A stretch of DNA of 63,312 nucleotides, filler included, from Neolecta irregularis DAH-3 (taxonomy: Eukaryota), in the NCBI GenBank assembly GCA_001929475.1. It is 5 parts of 5 records of this genome, joined end to end, with 100 filler letters (N's around TTAATTAATTAA, not from the genome) between each part and the next. Parts side by side here need not be neighbours in the genome. Positions count along the whole stretch, not along the records: positions 52,197 to 63,312 come from LXFE01000582.1; 4 more parts are not named here. One strand, 5' to 3'. The notes below the pieces were generated by a model, which was not told where the DNA came from, made no database searches, and saw only the letters and a list, made by a program, of their open reading frames with translations. Shown in pieces: positions 52,898 through 63,312 of the stretch. The translations under genes and the position numbers were made by a program. Positions within the stretch are counted from its first letter, which is position 1; every line of letters starts with the position of its first letter.

Positions 52898-53995
52898 CTA
52901 ATTCTTAGCCCTCCTACTCTTTCCAAGCCGTTTCTTAACACCGCCAGCTTTCTTTGGTCCCGTACCTTTCATTTTCTTCACTGAGAACCCATCAATATCG
53001 CCGCTACTTTTTGCATCATTGCTTTTGCTATACCTCTTCTTCCCTCCGAACCCAAACTTTTCGTCTCGTTTTTTACGTGACACTTTTGGTCTTTTCTTCT
53101 CCTCCTTCTTACTTGCTGTGTCAAGAGCAACATCAAAATCATCGTTTGTAGTAAGGTCTTCGCCTCCGCGTTCTAAATAGTGAGTAACAAAGCATCCACT
53201 GGGTTGGCATACTTCTCTTGAGCGTTTTGATTTTGTCGAGCGTATCTTTCTTGGATTTCTCCCGTTCTTGAAGTTTGGCCATTTGTACTTGCTTACCGAA
53301 TTTCTTCAGATCGCGCTGTTTCCTTGCTGTTTCTGAAGCCTTCTTTGCTGTTGCATCTTCCACAAGTTTATTTTTGACCTGGAGTTAGCAAATGTGATTT
53401 TGAACGCAGCGAATACTTTGTCCATATGTTGATCTGTCTTCAACATTTCTGCAAAATAATCTGTAGGCCTTGTAAAAGGGACGCCTTCGTTAACAAATAA
53501 TTTCTTTCCATTTTGCGCAGCCTCGAGGGCCTGCTTATAGAATGCAAGTTCTCTTGAAAGATCGTCGTTTACATCCTTTATATTTACAGCTTCCGAAGAG
53601 ATAACAACTTGGTGATCTGAAAATTTGAGGGAAGAGTATGGACGACATATCGATTTATATTTCTGAGCAAGAGCAGAGCGGTTATTGATAGTCATGCGTT
53701 GGTAAGGCACGATATCCACATCGTCGTTCGCATTCAAAATCAACGAGTCGGCATCAGATAAAGCCATTTCTTCTCCCTCGCTTTCCACTTCTTCATCATT
53801 TTCCGAGGAATTATCTTCAAAATCTTTTTCTGCTTCTACGTGTACGAGTTGAGGGGCCTCAGCGTTATCCCGATCTTGATTCGTAGAATTTTCAGCTATC
53901 TGCAACTTTTTTGCCCGACTATTCTTGACTTTCTGTCCTTTCTGTTCTTCAATGTGTCTTTTCAGCGCCGACTTCAATACGCCGACTTTGACCAT
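52898..53995 (-). CDS. EBP2: rRNA processing protein Ebp2
   Basis: DDLSRELAFYKQAL, RPTDYFAEMLKTDQHM, KKFGKQVQ, KFGFGGKKR..KSND, RLGKSRR; 2 introns. Confidence 0.97.
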
Positions 53996-54138
53996 GGTAT
54001 GTCAAATTAATATCGAAAAAATCAAGATGTAGCTGTGCCGAGATTTTTCTTCGAGATATCAACACGTGACATCGTTGAATGGGCGCTTCAAAGTTGTTAT
54101 CACCTGTTCGCATTAGCCAAACCAATCAAATTTACCAT

Positions 54139-54488
54139 ATGGACACAGCAAAAGAAGCAGTGACATCTACAACAGAAGCACCAACGGAACAAGGCGGAGC
54201 AGTAGAGCAAAGGTCAATTGTACCATTTATATCTGATATTCGATTGATAACTATCTAGACCGACGACATGCTGGATCAACTCGTATAAATCCCTGAAATG
54301 CCGTGTAGATGCTGAGAATGCAACAGCAAATCAAGATACAAGGCATGTCAAAAGATTTGCAAGCCAAATGTCACCATTTTTACTAGAACAATCTCACATC
54401 ATTAGTGGACGATATTCACACAAAACTTCAGAAATTGGAGGAATCTTTTGGCGATGAGCCGTTGCCTAGCGAAAAAGAAAAGGCTTAG
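54139..54488 (+). CDS. HSBP1-like small coiled-coil protein
   Basis: 4 exons: ...TDDMLDQL/QIKIQGMSKDLQAK/LDDIHTKLQKLEES; absent from the ORF track. Confidence 0.7.
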
Positions 54489-54679
54489 AGCTTAAATAAT
54501 GAAAGGATTCACAGTTGAAGAGGTAAGGCTTCGTGCCCTTGATACTGATTTAAGGCAATGTAGTTCAGAATGTTGGCTTTGGGAAGATATCTTGAGCTCA
54601 ACTTGTAATTGAAGAATATCTGAATGTATTTTAAAGGGTTTCAGTCGTTAAGCCAATGTGGATCTCGTACAAGTTATCA

Positions 54680-56181
54680 CTACAACTCATCCTTTGCAGG
54701 CTTCTCTGACTCGAATACTTCAAACGCCTTGAGAATATTTCTTCTGACTTGGAAATCATCGGCCCTATCCTGATGAACAAACAAAAACAGCTGTGATGAC
54801 TTACTTGGAAAGTGCCAAACTACCTTTTGCGAGAATATTGTCGAGCCGTAATCCTTCGTCGTTGACATACGAGGGTTTGGTCGTGATCTTTTCAAAGACC
54901 TTTAGATAATAATTCGCATGACTAGAGTGAGTAGTCATGTATATCATACATATACCTGCTGGGATTGTTCTCTGAAACCTTTTTTGCTTCAGAGATAATA
55001 TCCTTACTTTTTGTCTCCATAAATATTGTGGCAAGTTCATCTAGTTCAGCTATACGGCCGGCTTGCGACCCAAGGGTACCACCGATCTGTCGGTTTGTAC
55101 CAGCATTTGCATTGATGAAAGAAAGAATGCCCGCTTCTGTTCGCTCTCCAGAATAGCCAACAGGAGTCTTTGAGGGGCCTCGTGGAAAAACTACACTTTG
55201 TCAACTCAAAAAGGGCAATGAAAAGTATACATTTGAGTGTTGGATATCCCTGAACTCCATGCTGTTCACACAGGGCTGTGTGAACAGTACAATCAACTTT
55301 GGCAATGACAATCTAAATTCATTAGATGGAAAAGACAGGTCGAGTACATTAGGCTCTCCAATCATGTCGTTAGCGAGGTTGTCATATTCAGGAGCCAACT
55401 TTTGGCAATGTCCACACCTAGGAAATCAGGATTATTTTCCAAAATAAAGACCATGTCGTATAGAACTTTACAAAAACTTTGCGTAAGCCAAAAGTAATCA
55501 ATACAAAAGCTTACCATCCTTTTGGGGATCCATCACAATTGAATAAAAGTTCTCGTCAGTCAAAATTATCACTTCACTCCGAGATGTTTGTTTCGGTTTA
55601 ATTTTTACGCCAGCGCGTTCCATGATAAATTGTGAAAGAGACTCAAAGTCACGTCCTTTGTCGTAGTCTTGAGGATCTTTGGCAGAATTATCAAACCACT
55701 GTAGTTTGAACGAATGGACTCCTCATAAAAGTACCTTCAGGGTCGGAAAGCCCTTGATTCCAAATCTTTTACCAAGATCCTTGTGTTGATCTGCATCAAC
55801 TTTGGCGACAATAACTTTGTCTGGCTGATTAGTTGGAGATAAACGTCCCGATTACCTTTTGCGTGCACGAACTCGTCAGCGAGCTGCTCAAAAGTAGCTT
55901 TCTGTTAGAGGATATTGGGTGAATTCTTACGAGCCAAATTCTTGCAATGCCCACACCTTGACATTCAGAATTTTATATCCGCGTAATAGCATACCATGGC
56001 GCATAAAACTCAACTAAAGCTGGTATTCCTTTCCCGATAACCTTTGAAATACTGAACAAAAGGCCCGAATAGATTATTATACTTGATCAAAATTGTCCAA
56101 AGTCAAGTCTATGACATTTGAAGCAGAGATAGAAGAGGAGAAGAGTGCTGCTGCAGAAATAATGGACCAATTCCAAACCAT
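54680..56181 (-). CDS. ER protein disulfide isomerase, ERp38/TigA type (two WCGHC domains + ERp29-like tail)
   Basis: Signal peptide, two WCGHC motifs, GFPTLK/GYPTLK, C-terminal KDEL; about 11 introns. Confidence 0.93.
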
Positions 56182-56399
56182 CGTCGTGAATCTAAGCTAG
56201 GAAACCAAAACCAACTTTTGTAGTTCGAACCCCCCAAAACGATAATGCACCAAAACAAATCGTAGGGGGGGATATAATATCTAAATTATATCTTGTGATA
56301 GATTTCTGTTATTTTCGTCCAATTCATGTATATTCACTGGGATCGAATCGGGCTTTTGTGGGAAAATTTACGCCAACACCAACACTCTCACTGTTCACC

Positions 56400-56873
56400 A
56401 TGGTGGTTTTGCATGACGTTACAGATGAATCTTTTGTGGATGCCGGACACGAGAATGATGATGATTACACTGATGTTTCCTCAAATGAAGAAGAAAGCAT
56501 TAACGACGCTGTGTCTGAAGTAGACTTTAATCCTTCCCGCGAAACTCTTGCAGAACGGATTACCGCTTTGAAAGATATGGTATCCCCGTCAAACCGAACT
56601 CGGGTTCAAGGAGCTTTCTCGAAAAGCAGTGTTTTTGCGAGCACTGCAATGGTGGTGATTAGTCGGACACTGTGGGTTCTTTCGACAACGGCCTTATTTC
56701 TAGTTCCTTTGGCATTGATATCAGAAGAAGAGCGAGGGTTTATTGAGCAAGAGAAGGAATTCCAGATGCAACAGAACACGACAACGGAGGTATCTTATAG
56801 TGCATTGACCAAGTTATAGCTGACTTTTCAGAATTCGACATCTGCAAAGGATCCGATGTATGGCGATAAGTGA
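56400..56873 (+). CDS. TOM22: Mitochondrial import receptor Tom22
   Basis: Acidic N terminus, ETLAERITALKDMVSP, TM segment LWVLSTTALFLVPLAL; 1 intron. Confidence 0.92.
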
Positions 56874-57009
56874 AAATTTCTTTTTGAAGCCGGTAATGAT
56901 AGGAACAGCAGTCCAGTGTACTTGTATATATCTGTAGACTTTCCCACAATGCTTTTATAAAGTCATCTTGGGTTCTATTTCCTTTATATAGTCAATAAGT
57001 ACGAAGAAA

Positions 57010-58675
57010 TCAGTTGCTGCAAATGCCACTTCCTCTTATAGCACTCTTGTTGACAAATATTCTCGGCAGACCATTCTGCATTGAGACCGTGACAGAACCA
57101 TTGTATCCAACAGTAATCTCGTTACAAGCAACAACTTCGACCAACGTTGTGCCCTGTGAAAATTCACTTTCAAAGCTAAAGGTAGTGGATGCGGCTGTCG
57201 AACCACTATTTGTAAGAACCAAGAGCAAATTCTTTTTCTGAATGGCAGAGTCATGTTTATCCGCCTTGAGAAGCTTCATATCTGTTGTGAGGTGGCTCGA
57301 ATCGGCATATGCTAGATAGTTTCTCAACTGGTTGCATGTAGCAATAAAACTGTATAATGGAGCAGAAGTGGAGTACCCAGAAGTCCAAAGAACTTGTCTG
57401 ATCCTTAGCAAAGAAAAGAGCCACGATACCTGTTTGAGGGCGCATTGTTTCCTGTAAAGCTTTGCTCTTGACCATAAAATATCGTGGGTATACCATCACT
57501 TAGGATTGTGAACGCGACAACCTAACGATGAGTCTACGAAACGAAAAGAAAGTTTCATTTTTGTTTGCATTGACATCTGAATTGATAGATGCAAAGCGGT
57601 ACATGTCATGATTTTCAGAAAATGTGTTCATCAAGCTTGGATCGGGGAATGCAGCCTGGATTTGCGATATTTTGCTCATTGCAGCTGACATATCGGCCCC
57701 ACTAAAAGCAAACGCACCCAGAATGACCAGCTGCTGTGTTGCAAAGTCGTGGTTTGAATCTAAATATCTTTGGTAGCTAGCCAGGTAGTCAATGTCGGCA
57801 GAATAGACTAGATATGAGGAAATTCACAGATAACAGATACCCTCTCCAATGGTAAAGACATCTACTGAGGCTCTGTATGAAGAGAGAAATTCCTTGCTGA
57901 CATGCTTGGCGGCATCGATTCTAAGACCATCGAACTAGTCATCAGCATTCATGTTGGCAAAATATGTGTACCCCATAGGTCGAGATTGCATTCTGCGCCC
58001 ATTGTTTTAGAGGACCGGCGACATCGGTGTCTTCAAATCGGAGATCAGCTAGAGATACAATAGTTCCTTCTAGCCAACACTGCTCAATTTGGGTTTGTGT
58101 GGAATAGAGCGTGAGGGGACAATATTCGTGATAGTACTTGACCGAGTTGAACGGCTGTAGTTGGGAGTAATCGACTGCATTTTCATCGGCAGGATATGCC
58201 ATATGGTTGACCACGACATCTAGCATAACGTACATTCCTCTGGCATGGGCCTCGGAGACGAGGGATTTCAAATCATCACTGGATCCAAAGTGCGAATTGA
58301 GAGCGTCAAAGTTATTTGGCCAGTAGCTACGAGCTATCAGCTTTAAGAAATAGCAAGGTATACCCATGATAACCATTGCCGGCAAAGGTTGACTGATCGA
58401 TATTCTGATTAATAGGGGAAATCCAAATCGCTGTAAATCCCATCTCTTGGATGTATGACAATTTATTTTCAATCCCTTTCCATGTACCTGTCTCTTAATC
58501 GTAGATTCGCTTCAAACGTACCTCCGCAGTAATTATCAAGATCTCCACAAGACCCGCCCGATTCTTCAGTTGTGGCGAATCGATCTGTCATGATCTGATA
58601 AATTGACCTTGAACGCCAATCTGCTGCAGACGCAGCGAATATCGCAGGCACGAAGAGCAATAAAGCAAAGAGCAT
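57010..58675 (-). CDS. Secreted alpha-amylase, GH13_1 (Taka-amylase type)
   Basis: Signal peptide, [30 protein letters not shown], catalytic RIDAAKH / GEVY / ENHD; 6 introns. Confidence 0.95.
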
Positions 58676-59231
58676 AATAGGTGGCGAAGATGATCCGCGG
58701 AGTAGGTGAGCTTAGCGCGGAAAGAGGACAAGATATAGTCATTGTAGATGTCTTATTTCAAGATTCGATAGTGGAAGGAGAGAAGAATAGTCACTCGGTA
58801 TCATGAATCCGAAAAGAATTTCTTCTTGTACTGCGGCGCTATTTCGAAAATCTAGAATTCTAGCGATGTCTTGAGCCCCTTTCTCGTCGCACTTTAAATA
58901 AGCAAGGTTGGGGAACCGATATAAGAGATGCCTGACATAGTTAGTGTAACGGAGATGCTCCCTTGGAGTAAACCTGGATATCGGTATAGGGAGTGGAGGT
59001 TCCCTCAGCGTATGAGAGGTATAGCTTAGACACTAAGAAGTCATGTATATATAGCACCTATGTGGAAGATAGTCGTCATCATTACTGTGACGACTAACTG
59101 CCACATAGTTAGCCCTCTGCTACAGTTAGTACTTGAAAGTCCATGGCTAAATGACACTTGATGACCAGGAATGAATAGGAGACAATTACAAATGAACCTT
59201 CATATCGAATATGTAGCATCCAACTTCAGAG

Positions 59232-60887
59232 TCAGATAATCTTGGTATCAAAGATCCTCCATCTTCGCTTTGAACAACTCGCTTCCGACTCGCGTATATT
59301 GTATTCCTTAATACAACATTCAAACCACATTCCTTGAATTGGTTCACCGCGTCGTTCAAGTAAAGTACCCCAAAGAAGAAATAGTTTCTCCCGAAGTTTT
59401 GAGAGATTTACAAGACTGTCTCTCACGCTGCTGGTCAGATTTTTTCAGGGAGAACACACCTGACGGAGTCCATTCCCAAAAGATAGCTTGCGTCTTCATC
59501 GGCTACAATCACGGGAAGACAACATCGATCCTGCCCTTCCAGCAGTAAAGCAAACTGCCACGTTGTTGAATGAGTGGTTATTCTACAGTTTGGACAACGA
59601 TGTTTATGGGCTGTCGACCATCTACTCTCAGAACAAAATTTGTTTGCTATTCTCACGTCACCGAGCAAGCAACACATGATCGCACTGAAAAGTCTTCGAG
59701 ATGATCGGGCATAAAATCTATGACTTTTGCTTTTGTGCGAAACTTGCGAGGGTGGGGTGTCAAAGCCAGGATATCCCCGATATCCAACAACGGCCACTCG
59801 TTAAACCCACATTCAACTGGAAATCAGCGACTTGACAAGGCTGATATACCGTTGGCAACACCTTCACCAGGAATCGCAGATGAAATCATTTCTTCCTCCT
59901 TTTTTCGCATTTCCCGTTCATATTCCTCTTTCTCCTGTTCAAAATGTAACTGATAGTTCCTTTTCCGGTCAATCAGCGGACCCAGTCTTGAGTCGTGGGG
60001 TTTAATAGCACCGACGTTGATTCGGTCAGGGTAGGTTCGGTCTCCATGCAGCGCACCTTCTAATTGACCGTCTTGATTTAATTTTCCTCTCATATTACGA
60101 ATCCAACAAAATCCACCTTCTTTGAGCGTCTGTTGTGCGGCTTTTGCGTGTATGTCCCATATTGACACTTGCAGCGTATATTTCCCATACGGCCCTTGCC
60201 ATTTTTGCTGGGTGCCCCATTCAACATTGTGTACGAGAGAATTTGATGTGTAGTCGGTAATATATATGGTGACTGGATTTCCATTCCCGGTGAATAATTT
60301 GACGATTTCTCCCATGATATCGTAGAATCGCGACTCTTGTATATCTTTGACGAGGGTGAAGCCTTTTGATTTTGGCTTTGCCGCGATTTCTGAAGCTGGT
60401 ATTCCTGCTGCAGCGATTGTTCCGCCTTTGTTTTTCCACCAGTTTAACAGTTCTTTGGCATATGATAATTCTTCTTTGGAAAGGACAAAGCCGACTGTTT
60501 TCGAGCCTTTTCGAGAATAGGTGCACCATTCTGTGTTCCAGGTAGTGATGCCCTGGTTATCCGAGTTATGCAGCTGTATTCTGAGTGACCGTAAAAATAA
60601 CACGTCGCCGTCTTCTTTCAGATCTGGCAAATCTTTGGGGTTTGGTCGAAACATTTGGCACATGAGGCCGCTTCCAAGCAGAGATCTGGTAGGATCGCAT
60701 ATCGTCATGGAACAATTATAGTCTATCAATTGAGACGGCAGGTTTTGGTAATACCTGTTCCCTTTGATAAACGTACAGGACGATGAGCCGCTATTACTCC
60801 AACAACATTGAAAAGTTGGGTTATGGGTTTCAGGTCTGCGATCTGGGTATATTCCCATTCCGAGGTTAAAAGAGCTTTTGGTGCCAT
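59232..60887 (-). CDS. POT1: Telomere ssDNA-binding protein Pot1
   Basis: NVVGVI...SKGTDY...FRP...LP...GDVLFLR (OB1); IYITDYT...GPYGKYTLQVSIWD (OB2); KFRTKAKVIDFMP, WQFALLLE, LREKLFLLWG (OB3). Confidence 0.9.
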
Positions 60888-60966
60888 TGAGATGGGATCA
60901 CGCGTTCCGTCATTGATACTTTCACTATTATAATTTACGTCAAACTCCAAACTCCTAGTTGTATGT

Positions 60967-61914
60967 TTACTTTCCAAAAACAGCATTCTGGGGTGCAGCA
61001 GTCGGTTTGTCCTCGCTGGTAACATAAGCTCTGGTCATTCCGCCATCGACAGCCATTTCGGCAGCATTTAGGTAACTGCTCTCATCGCTAGCCAAGAATA
61101 CGACTACCTGCGCCTGTTCAACGGCTTCGCCAAAACGGCCCATTGGAAGGTGGATGAGTCGACGACTTGCTTTTTCAGGGGTATCGAGAAAGGCTTGGAG
61201 GAGCGGGGTGTTTAGAGGTCCAGGACAGAGAGAGTTGAGACGGATGTTGTGGCGAGCATGGACGATTGCTAGTTCTCGGGTCATTGCGAGAACAGCGCCT
61301 TTAGACGCGGTATCTGGAGATTCAGCGTGAATAAGAAGAGGATATACAAGCTAGTTGACTTGCGGCGCTTCCTACAAGAGCGACCACACTGGCGGTGTTG
61401 ATGATACTGCTTGGTCTCCCGTGTTTTCGCATAGCAGCGATTGCATATTTACACCCAAACCAGACCCCTTTGACGTTGATATTGTGAGTCAACTCCCAGA
61501 CTTTCTCGTCTGTATTCTCGTCGCCGTCGAGTGGATGCATAATGCCTTGTTTGTTAGTCGTAACCAGAGACAATATTGACAGAATTCTCAGACACAAAAC
61601 ATACCGGCGTTATTAAACAACACATCGACGCCTCCCCATTCTTCTGCGGCAGCAACTAGTGCCCTGACATGTGCTTCTTTGGAAACGTCTGTATGTTGTG
61701 TTTTCAGGACTGCGTGTGGAACGAGATGCTTGACTTTTGCAAGGGCGATATCCAATGATTTCTGGTTGATGTCGGATAGGATGACTTTGGCACCATGGGA
61801 AGCAAAGAGGATAGCGGTTTCGATACCAATTCCACTATTCTTAGACAAGTAGTGAAATCCGTACCCAGCGGCGCCTGTAATAATGCAATTTTTATTCTGT
61901 AGTCGGCCAGACAT
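60967..61914 (-). CDS. Short-chain dehydrogenase/reductase
   Basis: ITGAAGGIG, FNNAGIMHP, YTASKGAV, NSLCPGPLNTPLL, VDGG; 3 introns. Confidence 0.92.
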
Positions 61915-61917
61915 GGG

Positions 61918-62176
61918 GTGGCGGTGGTAGGCGGTGGAGATAGGATAGGGAGAGATCAAGGGGTAAAGGGTGGCGGTGGTAGGCGATGGAGATAGGATAG
62001 GGAGAGATCAAGGGGTAAAGGATGGCGATGGTAGGCGATGGAGATAGGATAGGGAGAGATCAAGGGGTAAAGGGTGGCGGTGGTAGGCGATGGAGATAGG
62101 ATAGGGAGAGATCAAGAGGTAAAGGATGGCGACGAGGTGGCGATGGAGATAGGATAGGGAGAGATCAAGGGGTAAG
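61918..62176. repeat. 52-bp G-rich minisatellite x5 abutting the SDR start codon
   Basis: Unit gtggcggtggtaggcg(g/a)tggagataggatagggagagatcaaggggtaaagg starting at 61918, 61970, 62022, 62074 and 62126. Confidence 0.95.
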
Positions 62177-62529
62177 GACAGAGATCAAGGGAAGGACATT
62201 GGACCAAATATATATGCCGTTTATTGAACAACCGATAACCTCCCGCTTGGTAGTAGAAAGAGTAGAGAAAAGCAATGAAAACAAGACGAGCTATGCTTCA
62301 AACACAAACATCATGAAAACGAATCCCCATTATGAAAACGAATCCCCATCATGATCATGATCATGATTAGAACGAACCCTTTGACCATCATTTAGAAACG
62401 CATCCATTGATCAAGCAAGTACCCAAAATCGACAACGCTAATGATAAACCCAGCTGCCGGGATGAAAGACGAAATAGTTTGAATGGAAGGACATGGACCA
62501 GAACAGACGAATTAGTTTGGGGATAGAAG

Positions 62530-63312
62530 CTAGTTTGCAATGGAAGGGACATGAGTGGCAGTTGATTCTGATCTGTCATCGATTCGCTGGACACACCACC
62601 AGCGGTGACCGGGCCATGCTTGCGACTGGCAGCTCTTGCTGCAATACTTAGTGCGTCTATAGTTAGTTTTGGAAGAGGAGAGCAAGACACCTGCATCGGC
62701 GACACTTTGCAAACTGGCGGCTGTATTCTTCCCACTTTCCGCATTTCATGTTTGCGCACTGTCTGATGCCGCCGCGGGATTCGTCTTTCCTGCAGGCGTT
62801 CCGCATGATGACGCCAGCCCAGTACTGGACTTCCTGGGGATGGATGCGCAGGGTGAACTTTTCGACTAGGGAAAAGATGTTGCAGGGAACTCTGTTGTCC
62901 GAGCAGGGGGACCGAGCCGAAAAGAGGTCGTCTATGTAGTATGATTCAGCGAAATATGTACGAAGGTTTGGATATTTTGAGATATAGGCAAACAGCTGCA
63001 GGGCGGAGACGATGTCTTCTTCTCGGGGCAGCGAGGCGCTTTTGTATTGTGCGTGCGAGGGACCTGTTAAATTTTGGGCGATGGTTGGGCGGATCAGGGT
63101 GTCTGAGGGAGGTTGGACTGCGCCGATGGTTTGAGCGGGCGGGGCCAGGCGTCTGTTTGGGCGTGCGATGAGGGGATCGTCAGTACGGGAGTCTGGAAAG
63201 AGGCGGCGGTCGGCACGGGAGTCTGGAAAGAGGCGGCGGTCGGCGCGGGAGTCGGGAAAGAGGCGGGGGTCGGGAAAGAGGCGGTGGCCGGGAAACAGGC
63301 GGCGGTGGCCGG
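62530..63312 (-). CDS. MUB1: MYND zinc finger protein Mub1/SamB (5' part outside the window)
   Basis: PREEDIVSALQLFAYISKY...QYWAGVIMRNACRKDESRGGIRQCA..CGKWE...FAKCRRC/RRTKYCSKSCQ..AW..HRWWC. Confidence 0.93.
63184..63312 (-). repeat. Coding minisatellite (about 30-bp and 19-bp units) within MUB1
   Basis: gggagtctggaaagaggcggcggtcggc(a/g)c repeats, encoding RRLFPDSRAD-like units. Confidence 0.75.

Noticed and set aside
58488-58521. Apparent non-canonical junction after YCGGTFE in the amylase
   Set aside because: A canonical gtacgt...gacag intron restores YCGGTWKGI
61918-62176. CRISPR-like or telomeric array
   Set aside because: No unique spacers and no TTAGGG units; an ordinary eukaryotic minisatellite

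Overview
Gene-dense eukaryotic DNA from an ascomycete fungus with a very compact, intron-rich genome. A Taphrinomycotina lineage such as Neolecta is my inference from gene content and intron architecture, not a database match. The window is several contigs joined by N-TTAATTAATTAA-N linkers, so gene order across those joins may be artificial. I rebuilt about 36 spliced protein genes by hand, mostly housekeeping: HEM15, ATG33-like, IST3, CDC11, STRAP, DOA1, CCDC97, NBR1-like, CASC3/Btz, RSM24, GDA1, PPPDE-Trx, VMA1, WDR26, QNS1, TIP20, ceramidase, DERA, two SDRs, dynein intermediate chain, PHD/WHIM protein, PRP46, GIM5, PUT2, YME2, Raf1-like, EBP2, HSBP1, PDI, TOM22, alpha-amylase, POT1 and MUB1. 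The main signal is the splicing code. Among roughly 160 tiny introns (mostly 30-45 nt, hand count), three appear to start with GA instead of GT (dynein IC, YME2, alpha-amylase) and three appear to end in CG, TG or GG instead of AG (HEM15, WDR26, TIP20). There are also GC donors and many AAG/GAG acceptors. The 3' site usually lies about 6-9 nt after the branch A, which suggests a naturally permissive spliceosome that positions the acceptor by distance. Other items of interest: a secreted, catalytically dead GDA1/apyrase paralogue, a 12-Cys secreted orphan protein, an hAT-type foldback MITE with an 8-bp TSD, CpG-free tracts and G-rich minisatellites. No RNA data are available, so all exon structures are predictions.
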